In this document: positions 59,678 to 64,000 of the stretch, piece after piece
Layout: every line of letters begins with the position of its first letter
Numbering within the stretch: position 1 is the stretch's first letter
Assembly: GCA_964606485.1 (NCBI GenBank)
Contig: CAZSGP010000001.1
Coordinates: forward strand, 97,085 to 161,084
Direction: 5' to 3'
Length of the DNA stretch: 64,000 bases
Source: an uncultured Planctomycetia bacterium
GTDB lineage: Bacteria; Omnitrophota; Gorgyraeia; 2-02-FULL-51-18
Notes under the pieces: generated by a model
What the model saw: the letters and a program-made list of their open reading frames with translations, nothing else
Databases searched by the model: none
Told to the model about the DNA's origin: nothing
Program-made: the position numbers and the translations under genes

Positions 59678-60891
59678 TGAAAAAAGATCCCATTAGTAAC
59701 CTCGCATTTTTTTCCAACCGGCCGATGTTTAAAAAGAGTCTTCATGTGGGGTATCCCAATATTGGAGATGAGAAGCTATTTCTTAACTATACGAAGAAAA
59801 TTCTCAAAACTCGCTGGCTCACCAACAATGGGCCTTATGTGCGCGAGTTTGAGTCAAAAATTGCCCGTTTTGTAGGTGTCAAACATTGCATAGCCATGTG
59901 CAACGCGACAGTGGCTTTGGAGATTGCCATTCGGGCGTTGGATCTTTCAGGGGAAGTGATTGTGCCCTCGTTTACTTTTGTGGCGACGGCTCACGCGCTT
60001 CAATGGGAAGAGATTCGACCCGTTTTCTGTGATATTGACCCAAAGACATACACGTTGGATCCTGAAAAAGTTGAAAGTCTGATTACGCCGCACACCACCG
60101 GAATTATCGGCGTCCATCTCTGGAGCCGCCCTTGCGACGTCGATGCGTTGTCGAAAATCGCCCGCAAAAGGAATCTCAAGCTTTTATTTGATGCTGCCCA
60201 CAGCTTCGCCTGCTCCTATAAAGGTCAGAAAATCGGAAGTTTTGGAGATGCTGAAGTTTTTAGTTTTCATGCCACGAAGTTTTTTAATACCTTTGAAGGG
60301 GGCGCGATTGTTACCAACAATGACGCGTTAGCCGAAAAGCTGCGTTTAATGAAAAATTTTGGCTTCGCGGGTTATGACCGTGTTGTTTATTTGGGAACCA
60401 ACGGAAAGATGAGTGAGATCAGCGCCGCAATGGGCTTAACCGGTTTAAAGAGTCTAAAAAAATTTATTAGCGCAAATAAGAAAAATTATGAGAGGTACAA
60501 AAAGTATTTGTCTGGTATTCCGGGTATTCGTCTCATTTTTTATGATCCTAAGCAGGATTGCAATTATCAGTACGTCGTCATTTTTGTGGATGAGGAACAA
60601 ACGGGAATTTCGAGGGACGAACTATTGAAACTATTGATGGCGGAAAATGTGATTGCCCGCCGGTATTTTTATCCGGGATGCCATCGAATGGAGCCTTACC
60701 AATCTTTTTACCCGGGCCTTTCATTTAATCTTCCGGTTACCGAAAAAGTGTGCGAGCAAGTCTTGGTTCTGCCCGCCGGTTCAGCGATGGGCTCAGAAGA
60801 AATTCAAAAAATATGCAATTTAGTTCGGTTTTGTGTCGCAAACGGCAGGGAATTGAGCCGTCGGTTAAAAACCAAAAGTTTGAATGGATAA
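59674..60891 (+). CDS. DegT/DnrJ/EryC1/StrS-family PLP-dependent sugar aminotransferase, copy 2
   Basis: GPYVREFESKIARFVG. CNATVALEIAIRAL. FSFHATKFFNTFEGG. Confidence 0.85.
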   Translation: MMKKDPISNLAFFSNRPMFKKSLHVGYPNIGDEKLFLNYTKKILKTRWLTNNGPYVREFESKIARFVGVKHCIAMCNATVALEIAIRALDLSGEVIVPSFTFVATAHALQWEEIRPVFCDIDPKTYTLDPEKVESLITPHTTGIIGVHLWSRPCDVDALSKIARKRNLKLLFDAAHSFACSYKGQKIGSFGDAEVFSFHATKFFNTFEGGAIVTNNDALAEKLRLMKNFGFAGYDRVVYLGTNGKMSEISAAMGLTGLKSLKKFISANKKNYERYKKYLSGIPGIRLIFYDPKQDCNYQYVVIFVDEEQTGISRDELLKLLMAENVIARRYFYPGCHRMEPYQSFYPGLSFNLPVTEKVCEQVLVLPAGSAMGSEEIQKICNLVRFCVANGRELSRRLKTKSLNG

Positions 60892-61921
60892 ATCCGCGCC
60901 ACTCGTTTCGATCATCACTTCTTGTTATAACCATGAGAAGTATCTGGATGATTTTTTCAAAGGTTTATTAAGCCAGACGTATTCAAATCTTCAAATTATT
61001 TTTATTGATGATGGGTCGACGGATCGCTCCTGGGACAAAGCCATGGAATATGAGCCAAAACTTAAAAAGGCGTTCCCCTCCGTCATCTTAGAAAGGCATT
61101 CAAACCAAGGGGTTCACAAAGAACTGGCGATTGCTCAGTCTAAAGTTACCGGAGAATACATCTGTATTTTAGAATCGGATGACTATTATCGCCCGGAAAA
61201 AATAGAAAAAAATATCAATTTTCTTTTAGATAATCCCGACTGTGGATTTGTTCATAGCGATGCGGATTTTATTGAAAACGGCCAAATCGAGCCTTCGCAT
61301 TGGAAAGGGAAGCTTGGGGCGGAACCCATGCCCCAAGGCGATGTTTTTTTGGAACTGCTTCGCCGAGACAATTTCGTGCTGACCTGCTCCATGTGCTGCC
61401 GGACTGAGATTTTTAACCGCTTCATTGATTACGAAGATTACTACAGACGCGGATACCGGAGAATTACCGACTATGCCATGTTTTTGGATCTAGCGCGCCA
61501 CACCCGATTTGGGTATCTCCCCGAGTCTTTGGTTTTTTACCGTGTGGTGAAAAATTCTTTGTCACATCCGGAGAATCCGGACGAACTTTTGAAGTGCTAC
61601 CGCGAATTTTACCGCATGAAGCTCGATTATGTGAAAGCTAGCCCTTTGTCGAATGAGTCGGTGAGACTGGTGGAGTATCCGCTCAAAATCAAAGAGTTTG
61701 AATGGGGTTACCGCTTTGGAAATGCCGGCGTGTGCGAGCCTGCACTCCGGTGGCTTGCGCAATATGAGCCTGCTTGTTTTAACAAATTGGCGTATTCCAT
61801 TCGCGCGTGGTCGACGCGCCGACGTTGGCTGTGGAAATGGATCTATGCGCTCGACAAACTTGAAATTTTTTATCATTTGAGCAGATTCGTTCCCTTTAGA
61901 GCGGCGAGAAATAATGCTTAA
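60884..61921 (+). CDS. GT2-family glycosyltransferase
   Basis: LVSIITSCYNHEKYL...IIFIDDGSTDRS...ESDD. Confidence 0.8.
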   Translation: MDKSAPLVSIITSCYNHEKYLDDFFKGLLSQTYSNLQIIFIDDGSTDRSWDKAMEYEPKLKKAFPSVILERHSNQGVHKELAIAQSKVTGEYICILESDDYYRPEKIEKNINFLLDNPDCGFVHSDADFIENGQIEPSHWKGKLGAEPMPQGDVFLELLRRDNFVLTCSMCCRTEIFNRFIDYEDYYRRGYRRITDYAMFLDLARHTRFGYLPESLVFYRVVKNSLSHPENPDELLKCYREFYRMKLDYVKASPLSNESVRLVEYPLKIKEFEWGYRFGNAGVCEPALRWLAQYEPACFNKLAYSIRAWSTRRRWLWKWIYALDKLEIFYHLSRFVPFRAARNNA

Positions 61922-63011
61922 GAAAAAAACAGTCGCCTTTATTATTGGCCGGCCTTATCTAGGGGCATTTTCCTGTTATGTGGAGCCTATCCGCAGGCTT
62001 GCTCAAAAAGGGTGGGGCGTCGATGTTTACACGACGGTCTCCGACACGGATCCAAAAGTATCTTTTAATGAAAAAAATGTGCGTATTTTTGAAATCCGCA
62101 GTGGACGATGGGGGTGGATAGCGCTGCTATGGCAGCTCTTTAAAAATTTCTCGAGCACTTTTTTAGTATTTGCAATTCCTCAGAAGGATTTATTTTTGGC
62201 GTATCAACTTAAGCGGTTCTTGAATATTCCATATATATGCATCAGCGACGAGCTTTACTCGCTTAGCGATACTTTGCTTAATATGCGCAATTGGAAATTG
62301 CGCGAAAAAAAAGCGCATCAACACGCGACAGCGACAATCGCTTTATCCAAGGACCGCGCAGAATTTATTCGGCAAGAAAACAAGCTGGGAGAGAGCCACC
62401 GGTTTTTTGTGATTCCAAACAGTGCCTCTGGCCCCTGCCAAAGCGTCAAAGCCAATTTTTACGAGAAACGATTTCCGGTTGAAAATAAAACGATTTTACT
62501 TCATCTAGGGTCTTTGGCATCGCTTCACAGCCAGGAGTTGATTCGGGAAGCAGAGGCCTGGCCGGATCGCTATGCGCTTATCTTTCAGGGGCGCTCCGCG
62601 CACATGCTGGAAGGACAAAGTCAAAAAAAGAGAATTTTTTTTAACCGCGAGGTGCTGCCCGAAGAGGCAGTTTCGGAGGCGGTGCGCTCCGCGCATATTG
62701 GGATTGGTATTTATCATCAAGGTTGGGCGTACGGCCACGTGGGTTTTGCGTCGGGCAAGCTTGGGGTTTATTTGAAAAACGGGCTACCAGTCATCTTCTT
62801 AAAGCAGGCTAGCTTTAATTTTATAGAAGAAAACGGATTGGGAATTTGTGTGGAGCGTATCACCGACATCCCGGCTGCGGCAGACCGGATTATGGAGCGG
62901 TACGAGTTTTATCGGGCAAACGTTAAAAAGTTTTATGACGAAAATCTTGTTTATGAGAAAAATGCAGAACCTCTAATGCAGTTTGTTGAGAGTTTGGCGG
63001 GCCCAGCGTGA
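61914..63011 (+). CDS. Putative GT-B-fold glycosyltransferase (GT4/GT1-like). Assignment tentative.
   Basis: No strong motif. Size, context and a C-terminal G-rich / E...E region suggest GT-B. Confidence 0.4.
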   Translation: MLKKKTVAFIIGRPYLGAFSCYVEPIRRLAQKGWGVDVYTTVSDTDPKVSFNEKNVRIFEIRSGRWGWIALLWQLFKNFSSTFLVFAIPQKDLFLAYQLKRFLNIPYICISDELYSLSDTLLNMRNWKLREKKAHQHATATIALSKDRAEFIRQENKLGESHRFFVIPNSASGPCQSVKANFYEKRFPVENKTILLHLGSLASLHSQELIREAEAWPDRYALIFQGRSAHMLEGQSQKKRIFFNREVLPEEAVSEAVRSAHIGIGIYHQGWAYGHVGFASGKLGVYLKNGLPVIFLKQASFNFIEENGLGICVERITDIPAAADRIMERYEFYRANVKKFYDENLVYEKNAEPLMQFVESLAGPA

Positions 63012-63955
63012 GCACTCCGGCAAAGGTGAGTGTTGTCATCACTTGTTATAACCAGGAGGCGTTTATACGCGAGACACTCTCTAGCGTCCAGCAGCAGGAT
63101 TACCACGCCTTGCAAATCGTTGTGGTGGATGATGCTTCCACCGACGCCTCTGCCCAAGTGATTCGTGAGGTTGCTCAATCAGATAGCCGGATTATTTTTG
63201 TACCGCTCGAAAAAAATCAAAAAGTGGCCGGCGCCCGGAACGCAGGGGTCGCCCGCGCTAGCGGTGAGTTGATTGCGCTGCTCGATGGTGACGACTTGAT
63301 GCACCCGCACAAAATTTCAAGACAAGTCGATTACTTAAGCCGACATCCCGAAGTTTCCGTTTGCACGCATGATATGGAAATTTTTGAATCGTCGAGCGGA
63401 AAAAAATTATCGCTTCTGAGCGATCGATACGACGCCGTCGAAGGGGGAATGAAGGCTATGCTGTCCGCTAGTTGGCTGATGGGCCGGCAAATGAAATCAG
63501 TTCCGTCCTCGCATATGTACCGGCAAGCGTATTTGCGCTCGCATCGCTTCGATACCCGCTTTCAAATTTTAGATGATTGGATGCATTCAATTGACTGCTT
63601 GGCAACCCAGCCGGGACTTTGGGGTAGTGTGCCCGAAGTGCTGGGCAAACGCCGGGTGCATAGCGCTCAAATTTCTAATAACCCGCTGTCATATGAAGAG
63701 ATGATGATGGTGCTAACGATCGCTCAGGTCCGCTACCCACGCTTCGCGGCCCTTATAAAAAATAAGCGGAACCACATCCTGTTTGAGCATTTGCTGAAGG
63801 ATTGGTACCCCGAGGACAAACGAAAAGACATGGCTCAATGCTTTCGGCAGGAAGCCGGTTTCTGGAAATGGTTGCATCTTTGGGCGCTGCGCGGTTACCT
63901 GAGAAGCGGTTTCCTTTTTGATTTATCACGGCCCCTGAGAAGGATTCTGAGATAA
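63008..63955 (+). CDS. GT2-family glycosyltransferase
   Basis: VSVVITCYNQEAFI...IVVVDDASTD...LDGDD. Confidence 0.8.
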   Translation: MSTPAKVSVVITCYNQEAFIRETLSSVQQQDYHALQIVVVDDASTDASAQVIREVAQSDSRIIFVPLEKNQKVAGARNAGVARASGELIALLDGDDLMHPHKISRQVDYLSRHPEVSVCTHDMEIFESSSGKKLSLLSDRYDAVEGGMKAMLSASWLMGRQMKSVPSSHMYRQAYLRSHRFDTRFQILDDWMHSIDCLATQPGLWGSVPEVLGKRRVHSAQISNNPLSYEEMMMVLTIAQVRYPRFAALIKNKRNHILFEHLLKDWYPEDKRKDMAQCFRQEAGFWKWLHLWALRGYLRSGFLFDLSRPLRRILR

Positions 63956-63960
63956 AGATC

Positions 63961-64000
63961 ATGAAGTCTTGTCTCATGATTTTAAACTATAACGGCCAAG
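63961..64000 (+). CDS. 5' end of a further CDS (possibly another GT2), truncated by the window end
   Basis: ATG 63961, MKSCLMILNYNGQ...; only 13 codons visible. Confidence 0.25.
   Translation, partial: MKSCLMILNYNGQ

Noticed and set aside
1-64000. Searched for tRNA, rRNA, transposase or integrase genes and CRISPR arrays
   Set aside because: No cloverleaf-like conserved tRNA features (GTTC...TTCGAATC-type T-arm in a ~75-nt context) were spotted in the few short intergenic regions. No DDE or tyrosine-recombinase motifs were seen in any ORF. The island boundaries therefore lack a visible mobility gene inside this window.

Overview
This 64-kb window is a gene-dense fragment from a diderm (Gram-negative-type) bacterium. 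LptF/G, a ShlB-type TpsB and a Wza-like OPX protein all indicate an outer membrane. The window has four parts.

(1) Housekeeping genes at the 5' end, 1-3.1 kb: partial lptF/G, a ComF-like PRTase, nth and a cupin.

(2) An 8.3-kb gene (3136-11445) encoding a 2792-aa secreted alpha-helical protein. It is built from about 24 tandem 115-140-aa TPR-like repeats, each carrying an F-Q-K-G-K-x-L-[FY] ... W ... L-x-P-Y-L-E motif.

(3) A glycan (O-antigen/capsule-like) locus split into two halves, 12.6-19.8 kb and 45.2-64 kb. It carries duplicated GDP-sugar modules (two Gmd, two DegT aminotransferases, two TylCIII-like C-methyltransferases) and several SAM methyltransferases. It also has an ATP-grasp-HAD fusion, GT2/GT4 glycosyltransferases, a Wzy_C/O-antigen-ligase-like protein, Wza/Wzc, Wzm/FkbM-MTase/Wzt, and an UpxY/NusG-paralog antiterminator with a good sigma70 promoter.

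(4) An island of about 25 kb sits between the two glycan halves, in two parts.
- A two-partner secretion system. A 710-aa ORF reads, with no stop, from a lasso-peptide B2-like (McjB/transglutaminase-like) domain into a complete ShlB/FhaC-type TpsB. It is preceded by a PqqD-like B1/RRE gene and followed by a 16.4-kb tpsA of 5463 aa. The TpsA has a TPS domain, autotransporter-like PATR repeats, a perfect 604-bp internal duplication and 18 C-terminal ~45-aa 'FAYFGT' repeats.
- A lasso-peptide-like RiPP cluster. It has a 2OG-oxygenase-PqqD fusion, a methyltransferase, an AsnB-like cyclase candidate with Ser in place of the catalytic Cys, a 53-aa Lys-rich candidate precursor behind a perfect AGGAGG RBS, an HPr-kinase-like kinase and a nucleotidyltransferase.

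No rRNA, tRNA, CRISPR or transposase was seen. Every call rests on motif and architecture recognition from the translated ORFs. No database search was run.
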